A stretch of 64,000 bases of DNA from Heterodontus francisci (lineage: Eukaryota): positions 124,791,593 to 124,855,592 of the forward strand of contig NC_090378.1 in the NCBI RefSeq assembly GCF_036365525.1. The letters run 5' to 3'. Shown piece after piece: positions 49,707 through 61,700 of this stretch (position 1 is the stretch's first letter; each line of letters begins with the position of its first letter). The position numbers and the translations under genes are program-made. The notes beneath the pieces were generated by a model, which was given only the letters and a program-made list of their open reading frames with translations, ran no database searches and was not told the origin of the DNA.

Positions 49707-52700
49707 TGTGTTACCCAGTACTGTCTGTAGGTGAGTGTCTCTGAGTGTGGGTGTGTTACCCAGTACTGTCTGTAGGTGAGTGTCTCTGAGTGTGGGTGTG
49801 TTACCCAGTACTGTCTGTAGGTGTGTGTCTCTGAGTGTGGGTGTGTTACCCAGTACTGTCTGCAGGTGAGTGACTCTGAGTGTGGGTGTGTTACCCAGTA
49901 CAGTCTGTAGGTGTGTGTCTCTGAGTTTGAGTGTGTTACCCAGTACTGTCTGTAGGTGAGTGTCTCTGAGTGTGGGTGTGTTACCCAGTACTGTCTGTAG
50001 GTGTGTGTCTCTGAGTGTGGGTGTGTTACCCAGTACTGTCTGTAGGTGTGTGTCTCTGAGTGTGGGTGTGTTACCCAGGACTGTCTGTAGGTGTGTGTCA
50101 CTGAGTGTGGGTGTGTTACCCAGTACTGTCTGTAGGTGAGTGTCACTGAGTGTGGGTGTGTTACCCAGTACTGTCTGCAGGTGTGTGTCTCTGAGTGTGG
50201 GTGTGTTACCCAGTACTGTCTGTCGGTGTGTGTCACTGAGTGTGGGTGTGTTACCCAGGACTGTCTGTAGGTGTGTGTCACTGAGTGTGGGTGTGTTACC
50301 CAGTACTGTCTGTAGGTGTGTGTCTCTGAGTGTGGGTGTGTTACCCAGTACTGTGTGTAGGTGTGTGTCACTGAGTGTGGGTGTGTTACCCAGTACTGTC
50401 TGTAGATGGGTGTCTCTGAGTGTGGGTGTGTGTCTCTGAGTGTGGGTGCGTTACCCAGTACTGTCTGTAGGTGTGTGTCACTGAGTGTGGGTGTGTGTCT
50501 CTGAGTGTGGGTGTGTTCCCCAGTACTGTCTGTAGATGGGTGTCTCTGAGTGTGGGTGTGTGTCTCTGAGTGTCAGTGTGTTATCCAGTACTATCAGTAG
50601 GTGTGTGTCTCTGAGTATGAGTGTGTTACCCAGTACTATCTGTAGATGTGTGTCTGCGACTGTTACCCAGAGGAGTCTGTCGGTGTGTATTTCTGAGTTT
50701 GGGTGTGACTGTTACCCAGTACTGTCTGCAGATGAGTGTCTCGGAGTGTGAGTGTGTTACCCAGTACTGTCTGTAGGTGTGTGTCTCTGAGTCTGAGTGT
50801 GTTACCCAGTACTGTTTGCAGATGTGTGTCTGCGACTGTTACCCAGAGGAGTCTGTCGGTGTGTATTTCTGAGTTTGGGTGTGACTGTTACCCAGTACTG
50901 TCTGTAGATGAGTGTCTCTGAGTGTGAGTGTGTTACCCAGTACTGACTGCAGGTATGTGTCTCTGAGTGTGAGTGTGTTACCCACAAATGTCTGTAGGTG
51001 TGTGTGTCTGAGTGTGGGTGTAATACCCAGTACTGTCTGTAGGTGTGTGTCTCTGAGTGTGAGTGTGTCACCCAGTACTGTCTGTAGGAGTGTATCTCTG
51101 AGGGTTGGTGTGTTACCCAGTATTGTCTGTAGGTGTGTGTCTCTGAGTGTGAGTGTGTTTCCCAATACTATCTGTAGGTGTGTGTCTCTGAGTATGAGTG
51201 TCTTACCCAGTACTATCTGTAGGTGTGTGACTGTGGGTATGAATGTTACCCAGTACCGTCTGTAGGTGGGTATCTCTGAGTGTGGGTGCGACTGTTACCC
51301 AGTACTGTCTGTCGATGTGTGTCTCTGAGTGTGGGGGTGTTACCCAGAATGACTGTAGGTGTGTGTCTCTGAGTATGAGTGTGTTACTCAGTACTGTCTG
51401 TAGATGTGTGTCTCTGAATGTGGGTGTATTACCCAGTACTGTCTGTACGTGAGTCTGTCTCTGAGTCTGAGTGTGTTACCCACTACTGTCTGTAGATGTG
51501 TATCTCTGAGTGTGGGTGTGTTACCCAGACTGAATGTAGGTTTGTGTCTCTGAGTGTGAGTGTGTTACCCAGTACCGTCTGTAGACGATTGTCTCCGAGT
51601 GTGAGTGTGTTACCGAGTACTGTCTGTAGATGCGTATCGCTGAGTGTGGGAGTGTTACCCAGACTGACTGAAGGTGTGTGTTTCTGAGTGTGAGTGTGTT
51701 ACCTAGTACTGTCTGGAGGAGTGTGTCTCTGAGTGCGGGTTGTCACCCTGTACTGTCTGTAAGTGTGTGTCTCTGAGTTTGGGTGTGTTACCCAGTACTG
51801 TCTGCAGATGAGTGTCTCTGAGTGTGGGTGTGTAACCCAGAATGACTGTAGGTGAGTGTGTCTGAATGTTGCTGTGTTACCCAGTACTGTCTGTAGATGT
51901 GTGTCTCTGAGGGTGGGTGTGTTACCCAGTACAGTCTGCAGATGTGTTACTCTGAGTGTGGGTGTGTTACACAGTACTGTCTGCAGATGTGTGTCTCTGA
52001 GTGTGGGTGTGTTACACAGTACTGTCAGTAGATGTGTATCTCTGAGTGTGGGTGTGTTACACAGTACTGTCTGCAGATGTGTGTCTCTGAGTGTGGGTGT
52101 GTTACCCAGTACTGTCTGTAGATGTGTGTCTCTGAGTGTGGGTGTGTTACCCAGTACTGTCTGTAGATGTGTGTCTCTGAGTGTGGGTGTGTTACCCAGT
52201 ACTGTCTGCAGATGTGTTACTCTGAGTGTGGGTGTGTTGCCTAGTACTGTCTGTAGGTGAGTGTGTCTGAATGTTGCTGTGTTACCCAGTACTGTCTGTA
52301 GATGTGTGTCTCTGAGGGTGGGTGTGTTACCCAGTACTGTCAGTATGTGTGTGTCTCTGAGTGTGAGTGTGTCACCCAGTACTGTCTGTAGGTGTGTCTC
52401 TCTGAGTGTGGGTGTGACTGTTACCCAGTACTGTCTGTAGGTGTGTGTATCTGAGTGAGGGTGTGTTACCCAGTACTGTCTGTAGATGTGTCTCTCTGAG
52501 TGTGGGTGTGTTACCCAGTACTGTCTGTAGGTGTGTGTCTCTGAGTGTGAGTGTGTCACCCAGTACTGTCTGTAGGAGTGTATCTCTGAGGGTTGGTGTG
52601 TTACCCAGTATTGTCTGTAGGTGTGTGTCTCTGAGTGTGAGTGTGTTTCCCAATACTATCTGTAGGTGTGTGTCTCTGAGTATGAGTGTCTTACCCAGTA

Positions 52701-55700
52701 CTATCTGTAGGTGTGTGACTGTGGGTATGAATGTTACCCAGTACCGTCTGTAGGTGGGTATCTCTGAGTGTGGGTGCGACTGTTACCCAGTACTGTCTGT
52801 CGATGTGTGTCTCTGAGTGTGGGGGTGTTACCCAGAATGACTGTAGGTGTGTGTCTCTGAGTATGAGTGTGTTACTCAGTACTGTCTGTAGATGTGTGTC
52901 TCTGAGTGTGGGTGTATTACCCAGTACTGTCTGTACGTGAGTCTGTCTCTGAGTCTGAGTGTGTTACCCACTACTGTCTGTAGATGTGTATCTCTGAGTG
53001 TGGGTGTGTTAACCAGACTGAATGTAGGATTGTGTCTCTGAGTGTGAGTGTGTTACCCAGTACCGTCTGTAGACGATTGTCTCCGAGTGTGAGTGTGATA
53101 CCGAGTACTGTCTGTAGATGCGTATCGCTGAGTGTGGGTGTGTTACCCAGACTGACTGTAGGTGTGTGTTTCTGAGTGTGAGTGTGTTACCCAGAATTGT
53201 CTGTCGGTGTGTGTATCTGAGTGTGAGTGTGTTACCTAGTACTGTCTGGAGGAGTGTGTCTCTGAGTGCGGGTTGTCACCCTGTACTGTCTGTAAGTGTG
53301 TGTCTCTGAGTTTGGGTGTGTTACCCAGTACTGTCTGCAGATGAGTGTCTCTGAGTGTGGGTGTGTAACCCAGTACTGTCTGTAGATGTGTGTCTCTGAG
53401 TGTGGGTGTGTTACCCAGTACTGTCTGTAGGTGTGTGTCTCTGAGTGTGGGTGTGTTACCCAGTACTGTCTGCAGGTGAGTGACTCTGAGTGTGGGTGTG
53501 TTACCCAGTACTGTCTGTAGATGTGTGTCTCTGAGTTTGAGTGTGTTACCCAGTACTGTCTGTAGGTGAGTGTCTCTGAGTGTGGGTGTGTTACCCAGTA
53601 CTGTCTGTAGGTGTGTGTCTCTGAGTGTGGGTGTGTTACCCAGTACTGTCTGTAGTTGTGTGTCTCTGAGTGTGGGTATGTTACCCAGGACTGTCTGTAG
53701 GTGTGTGTCACTGAGTGTGGGTGTGTTACCCAGTACTGTCTGTAGGTGTGTGTCACTGAGTGTGGGTGTGTTACCCAGTACTGTCTGTAGGAGTGTATCT
53801 CTGAGGGTTGGTGTGTTACCCAGTATTGTCTGTAGGTGTGTGTCTCTGAGTGTGAGTGTGTTTCCCAATACTATCTGTAGGTGTGTGTCTCTGAGTATGA
53901 GTGTCTTACCCAGTACTATCTGTAGGTGTGTGACTGTGGGTATGAATGTTACCCAGTACCGTCTGTAGGTGGGTATCTCTGAGTGTGGGTGCGACTGTTA
54001 CCCAGTACTGTCTGTCGATGTGTGTCTCTGAGTGTGGGGGTGTTACCCAGAATGACTGTAGGTGTGTGTCTCTGAGTATGAGTGTGTTACTCAGTACTGT
54101 CTGTAGATGTGTGTCTCTGAGTGTGGGTGTATTACCCAGTACTGTCTGTACGTGAGTCTGTCTCTGAGTCTGAGTGTGTTACCCACTACTGTCTGTAGAT
54201 GTGTATCTCTGAGTGTGGGTGTGTTACCCAGACTGAATGTAGGATTGTGTCTCTGAGTGTGAGTGTGTTACCCAGTACCGTCTGTAGACGATTGTCTCCG
54301 AGTGTGAGTGTGTTACCGAGTACTGTCTGTAGATGCGTATCGCTGAGTGTGGGTGTGTTACCCAGACTGACTGTAGGTGTGTGTTTCTGAGTGTGAGTGT
54401 GTTACCCAGAATTGTCTGTCTGTGTGTGTATCTGAGTGTGAGTGTGTTACCTAGTACTGTCTGGAGGAGTGTGTCTCTGAGTGCGGGTTGTCACCCTGTA
54501 CTGTCTGTAAGTGTGTGTCTCTGAGTTTGGGTGTGTTACCCAGTACTGTCTGCAGATGAGTGTCTCTGAGTGTGGGTGTGTAACCCAGTACTGTCTGTAG
54601 ATGTGTGTCTCTGAGTGTGGGTGTGTTACCCAGTACTGTCTGCAGGTGTGTGTCTCTGAGTGTGGGTGTGTTACCCAGTACTGTCTGCAGGTGAGTGACT
54701 CTGAGTGTGGGTGTGTTACCCAGTACTGTCTGTAGGTGTGTGTCTCTGAGTTTGAGTGTGTTACCCAGTACTGTCTGTAGGTGAGTGTCTCTGAGTGTGG
54801 GTGTGTTACCCAGTACTGTCTGTAGGTGTGTGTCTCTGAGTGTGGGTGTGTTACCCAGTACTGTCTGTAGGTGTGTGTCTCTGAGTGTGGGTGTGTTACC
54901 CAGGACTGTCTGTAGGTGTGTGTCACTGAGTGTGGGTGTGTTACCCAGTACTGTCTGTAGGTGTGTGTCACTGAGTGTGGGTGTGTTACCCAGTACTGTC
55001 TGCAGGTGTGTGTCTCTGAGTGTGGGTGTGTTACCCAGTACTGTCTGTCGGTGTGTGTCACTGAGTGTGGGTGTGTTACCCAGGACTGTCTGTAGGTGTG
55101 TGTCACTGAGTGTGGGTGTGTTACCCAGTACTGTCTGTAGGTGTGTGTCTCTGAGTGTGGGTGTGTTACCCAGTACTGTGTGTAGGTGTGTGTCACTGAG
55201 TGTGGGTGTGTTACCCAGTACTGTCTGTAGATGGGTGTCACTGAGTGTGGGTGTGTGTCTCTGAGTGTGGGTGCGTTACCCAGTACTGTCTGTCGGTGTG
55301 TGTCACTGAGTGTAGGTGTGTTACCCAGTACTGTCTGTAGGTGTGTGTCACTGAGTGTGGGTGTGTTACCCAGTACTGTCTGCAGGTGTGTGTCTCTGAG
55401 TGTGGGTGTGTTACCCAGTACTGTCTGTCGGTGTGTGTCACTGAGTGTGGGTGTGATACCCAGGACTGTCTGTAGGTGTGTGTCACTGAGTGTGGGTGTG
55501 TTACCCAGTACTGTCTGTAGGTGTGTGTCTCTGAGTGTGGGTGTGTTACCCAGTACTGTGTGTAGGTGTGTGTCACTGAGTGTGGGTGTGTTACCCAGTA
55601 CTGTCTGTAGATGGGTGTCTCTGAGTGTGGGTGTGTGTCTCTGAGTGTGGGTGCGTTACCCAGTACTGTCTGTCGGTGTGTGTCACTGAGTGTGGGTGTG

Positions 55701-58700
55701 TGTCTCTGAGTGTGGGTGTGTTCCCCAGTACTGTCTGTAGATGGGTGTCTCTGAGTGTGGGTGTGTGTCTCTGAGTGTGGGTGTGTTACCTAGTTCTGTC
55801 TGTAGGTGTGTGTCACTGAGTGTGGGTGTGTTCCCCAGAGCTGTCTGTAGGTGTGTGTCTCTGAGTGTCAGTGTGTTATCCAGTACTATCAGTAGGTGTG
55901 TGTCTCTGAGTATGAGTGTGTTACCCAGTACTATCTGTAGATGTGTGTCTGCGACTGTTACCCAGAGGAGTCTGTCGGTGTGTATTTCTGAGTTTGGGTG
56001 TGACTGTTACCCAGTACTGTCTGCAGATGAGTGTCTCGGAGTCTGAGTGTGTTACCCAGTACTGTTTGCAGATGTGTGTCTGCGACTGTTACCCAGAGGA
56101 GTCTGTCGGTGTGTATTTCTGAGTTTGAGTGTGACTGTTACCCAGTACTGTCTGTAGATGAGTGTCTCTGAGTGTGAGTGTGTTACCCAGTACTGACTGC
56201 AGGTATGTGTCTCTGAGTGTGAGTGTGTTACCCACAAATGTCTGTAGGTGTGTGTGTCTGAGTGTGGGTGTAATACCCAGTACTGTCTGTAGGTGTGTGT
56301 CTCTGAGTGTGAGTGTGTCACCCAGTACTGTCTGTAGGAGTGTATCTCTGAGGGTTGGTGTGTTACCCAGTATTCTCTGTCGGTGTGTGTCACTGAGTGT
56401 GGGTGTGTTACCCAGGACTGTCTGTAGGTGTGTTTCACTGAGTGTGGGTGTGTTACCCAGTACTGTCTGTAGGTGTGTGTCTCTGAGTGTGGGTGTGTTA
56501 CCCAGTACTGTGTGTAGGTGTGTGTCACTGAGTGTGGGTGTGTTACCCAGTACTGTCTGTAGATGGGTGTCTCTGAGTGTGGGTGTGTGTCTCTGAGTGT
56601 GGGTGCGTTACCCAGTACTGTCTGTAGGTGTGTGTCACTGAGTGTGGGTGTGTGTCTCTGAGTGTGGGTGTGTTCCCCAGTACTGTCTGTAGATGGGTGT
56701 CTCTGAGTGTGGGTGTGTGTCTCTGAGTGTGGGTGTGTTACCTAGTTCTGTCTGTAGGTGTGTGTCACTGAGTGTGGGTGTGTTCCCCAGAGCTGTCTGT
56801 AGGTGTGTGTCTCTGAGTGTCAGTGTGTTATCCAGTACTATCAGTAGGTGTGTGTCTCTGAGTATGAGTGTGTTACCCAGTACTATCTGTAGATGTGTGT
56901 CTGCGACTGTTACCCAGAGGAGTCTGTCGGTGTGTATTTCTGAGTTTGGGTGTGACTGTTACCCAGTACTGTCTGCAGATGAGTGTCTCGGAGTATGAGT
57001 GTGTTACCCAGTACTGTCTGTAGGTGTGTGTCTCTGAGTCTGAGTGTGTTACCCAGTACTGTTTGCAGATGTGTGTCTGCGACTGTTACCCAGAGGAGTC
57101 TGTCGGTGTGTATTTCTGAGTTTGGGTGTGACTGTTACCCAGTACTGTCTGTAGATGAGTGTCTCTGAGTGTGAGTGTGTTACCCAGTACTGACTGCAGG
57201 TATGTGTCTCTGAGTGTGAGTGTGTTCCCCACTACTGTTTGGAGGTGTTTGTCTCTGAGTGTGAGTGTGTTACCCACAAATGTCTGTAGGTGTGTGTGTC
57301 TGAGTGTGGGTGTAATACCCAGTACTGTCTGTAGGTGTGTGTCTCTGAGTGTGAGTGTGTCACCCAGTACTGTCTGTAGGAGTGTATCTCTGAGGGTTGG
57401 TGTGTTACCCAGTATTGTCTGTAGGTGTGTGTCTCTGAGTGTGAGTGTGTTTCCCAATACTATCTGTAGGTGTGTGTCTCTGAGTATGAGTGTCTTACCC
57501 AGTACTATCTGTAGGTGTGTGACTGTGGGTATGAATGTTACCCAGTACCGTCTGTAGGTGGGTATCTCTGAGTGTGGGTGCGACTGTTACCCAGTACTGT
57601 CTGTCGATGTGTGTCTCTGAGTGTGGGGGTGTTACCCAGAATGACTGTAGGTGTGTGTCTCTGAGTATGAGTGTGTTACTCAGTACTGTCTGTAGATGTG
57701 TGTCTCTGAGTGTGGGTGTATTACCCAGTACTGTCTGTACGTGAGTCTGTCTCTGAGTCTGAGTGTGTTACCCACTACTGTCTGTAGATGTGTATCTCTG
57801 AGTGTGGGTGTGTTACCCAGACTGAATGTAGGTTTGTGTCTCTGAGTGTGAGTGTGTTACCCAGTACCGTCTGTAGACGATTGTCTCCGAGTGTGAGTTT
57901 GTTACCGAGTACTGTCTGTAGATGCGTATCGCTGAGTGTGGGTGTGTTACCCAGACTGACTGTAGGTGTGTGTTTCTGAGTGTGAGTGTGTTACCCAGAA
58001 TTGTCTGTCGGTGTGTGTATCTGAGTGTGAGTGTGTTACCTAGTACTGTCTGGAGGAGTGTGTCTCTGAGTGCGGGTTGTCACCCTGTACTGTCTGTAAG
58101 TGTGTGTCTCTGAGTTTGGGTGTGTTACCCAGTACTGTCTGCAGATGAGTGTCTCTGAGTGTGGGTGTGTAACCCAGAATGACTGTAGGTGAGTGTGTCT
58201 GAATGTTGCTGTGTTACCCAGTACTGTCTGTAGATGTGTGTCTCTGAGGGTGGGTGTGTTACCCAGTACAGTCTGCAGATGTGTTACTCTGAGTGTGGGT
58301 GTGTTACACAGTACTGTCTGCAGATGTGTGTCTCTGAGTGTGGGTGTGTTACACAGTACTGTCAGTAGATGTGTATCTCTGAGTGTGGGTGTGTTACACA
58401 GTACTGTCTGCAGATGTGTGTCTCTGAGTGTGGGTGTGTTACCCAGTACTGTCTGTAGATGTGTGTCTCTGAGTGTGGGTGTGTTACCCAGTACTGTCTG
58501 CAGATGTGTTACTCTGAGTGTGGGTGTGTTGCCTAGTACTGTCTGTAGGTGAGTGTGTCTGAATGTTGCTGTGTTACCCAGTACTGTCTGTAGATGTGTG
58601 TCTCTGAGGGTGGGTGTGTTACCCAGTACTGTCAGTATGTGTGTGTCTCTGAGTGTGAGTGTGTCACCCAGTACTGTCTGTAGGTGTGTCTCTCTGAGTG

Positions 58701-61700
58701 TGGGTGTGACTGTTACCCAGTACTGTCTGTAGGTGTGTGTATCTGAGTGAGGGTGTGTTACCCAGTACTGTCTGTAGATGTGTCTCTCTGAGTGTGGGTG
58801 TGTTACCCAGTACTCTCTGTAGGTGTGTGTTTCTGAGTGTGAGTGTGTCACCCAGTACTGTCTGTAGGAGTGTATCTCTGAGGGTTGGTGTGTTACCCAG
58901 TATTGTCTGTAGGTGTGTGTCTCTGAGTGTGAGTGTGTTTCCCAATACTATCTGTAGGTGTGTGTCTCTGAGTATGAGTGTCTTACCCAGTACTATCTGT
59001 AGGTGTGTGACTGTGGGTATGAATGTTACCCAGTACCGTCTGTAGGTGGGTATCTCTGAGTGTGGGTGCGACTGTTACCCAGTACTGTCTGTCGATGTGT
59101 GTCTCTGAGTGTGGGGGTGTTACCCAGAATGACTGTAGGTGTGTGTCTCTGAGTATGAGTGTGTTACTCAGTACTGTCTGTAGATGTGTGTCTCTGAGTG
59201 TGGGTGTATTACCCAGTACTGTCTGTACGTGAGTCTGTCTCTGAGTCTGAGTGTGTTACCCACTACTGTCTGTAGATGTGTATCTCTGAGTGTGGGTGTG
59301 TTACCCAGACTGAATGTAGGTTTGTGTCTCTGAGTGTGAGTGTGTTACCCAGTACCGTCTGTAGACGATTGTCTCCGAGTGTGAGTTTGTTACCGAGTAC
59401 TGTCTGTAGATGCGTATCGCTGAGTGTGGGTGTGTTACCCAGACTGACTGTAGGTGTGTGTTTCTGAGTGTGAGTGTGTTACCCAGAATTGTCTGTCGGT
59501 GTGTGTATCTGAGTGTGAGTGTGTTACCTAGTACTGTCTGGAGGAGTGTGTCTCTGAGTGCGGGTTGTCACCCTGTACTGTCTGTAAGTGTGTGTCTCTG
59601 AGTTTGGGTGTGTTACCCAGTACTGTCTGCAGATGAGTGTCTCTGAGTGTGGGTGTGTAACCCAGAATGACTGTAGGTGAGTGTGTCTGAATGTTGCTGT
59701 GTTACCCAGTACTGTCTGTAGATGTGTGTCTCTGAGGGTGGGTGTGTTACCCAGTACAGTCTGCAGATGTGTTACTCTGAGTGTGGGTGTGTTACACAGT
59801 ACTGTCTGCAGATGTGTGTCTCTGAGTGTGGGTGTGTTACACAGTACTGTCAGTAGATGTGTATCTCTGAGTGTGGGTGTGTTACACAGTACTGTCTGCA
59901 GATGTGTGTCTCTGAGTGTGGGTGTGTTACCCAGTACTGTCTGTAGATGTGTGTCTCTGAGTGTGGGTGTGTTACCCAGTACTGTCTGCAGATGTGTTAC
60001 TCTGAGTGTGGGTGTGTTGCCTAGTACTGTCTGTAGGTGAGTGTGTCTGAACGTTGCTGTGTTACCCAGTACTGTCTGTAGATGTGTGTCTCTGAGGGTG
60101 GGTGTGTTACCCAGTACTGTCAGTATGTGTGTGTCTCTGAGTGTGAGTGTGTCACCCAGTACTGCCTGTAGGTGTGTCTCTCTGAGTGTGGGTGTGACTG
60201 TTACCCAGTACTGTCTGTAGGTGTGTGCATCTGAGTGAGGGTGTGTTACCCAGTACTGTCTGTAGATGTGTCTCTCTGAGTGTGGGTGTGTTACCCAGTA
60301 CTGTCTGTCGGTGTGTGTATCTGAGTGAGGGTGTGTTACCCAGTACTGTCTGTAGATGTGTCTCTCTGAATGTGGGAGTGTTACCCAGTACTGTCTGTAG
60401 ATGTGTATCTCTGAGTGTGAGTGTGTCACCCAGTATTGTCTGTCGGTGTGTCTCTCTGAGTGTGGGTGTGTTACCCAGTGCTGTCTGTAGGTGTGTGTAT
60501 CTGAGTGAGGGTGTGTTACCCAGTACTGTCTGTAGATGTGTCTCTCTGAGTGTGGCTGTGTTACCCAGTACTGTCTGTAGGTGTATCTCTGAGTGTGAGT
60601 GTGTCACCCAGTACTGTCTGTAGGTGTGTCTCTCTGAGTGTGGGTGTGTTACCCAGTACTATCAGGAGGTGTGTGTCTCTGAGTATGAGTGTGTTACCCG
60701 GTACTATCTGTAGGTCTGTGAGTGTGGGTATGGCTGTTACGCAGTACTGTCAGCAGATCTTTGTCTCTGAGGGTGGGTGTGTTACCCAGTACTGTCTGCT
60801 GATGTGTATCTCTGGGTGTGGGTGTGTTACACAGTACTGTCAGTAGATGTGTATCTCTGAGTGTGGGTGTGTTGCACAGTACTGTCTGCAGATGTGTGTC
60901 TCTGAGTGTGGGTGTGTTACCCAGTACTGTCTGTAGATGTGTGTCTCTGAGTGTGGGTGTGTTACCCAGTACTGTCTGCAGATGTGTTACTCTGAGTGTG
61001 GGTGTGTTGCCCAGTACTGTCTGTAGGTGAGTGTGTCTGAATGTTGCTGTGTTACCCAGTACTGTCTGTAGATGTGTGTCTCTGAGGGTGGGTGTGTTAC
61101 CCAGTACTGTCAGTATGTGTGTGTCTCTGAGTGTGAGTGTGTCACCCAGTACTGTCTGTAGGTGTGTCTCTCTGAGTGTGGGTGTGACTGTTACCCAGTA
61201 CTGTCTGTAGGTGTGTGTATCTGAGTGAGGGTGTGTTACCCAGTACTGTCTGTAGATGTGTCTCTCTGAGTGTGGGTGTGTTACCCAGTACTGTCTGTAG
61301 GTGTGTGTCTCTGAGTGTGAGTGTGTCACCCAGTACTGTCTGTCGGAGTGTATCTCTGAGGGTTGGTGTGTTACCCAGTATTGTCTGTAGGTGTGTGTCT
61401 CTGAGTGTGAGTGTGTTTCCCAATACTATCTGTAGGTGTGTGTCTCTGAGTATGAGTGTCTTACCCAGTACTATCTGTAGGTGTGTGACTGTGGGTATGA
61501 ATGTTACCCAGTACCGTCTGTAGGTGGGTATCTCTGAGTGTGGGTGCGACTGTTACCCAGTACTGTCTGTCGATGTGTGTCTCTGAGTGTGGGGGTGTTA
61601 CCCAGAATGACTGTAGGTGAGTGTGTCTGAATGTTGCTGTGTTACCCAGTACTGTCTGTAGATGTGTGTCTCTGAGGGTGGGTGTGTTACCCAGTACAGT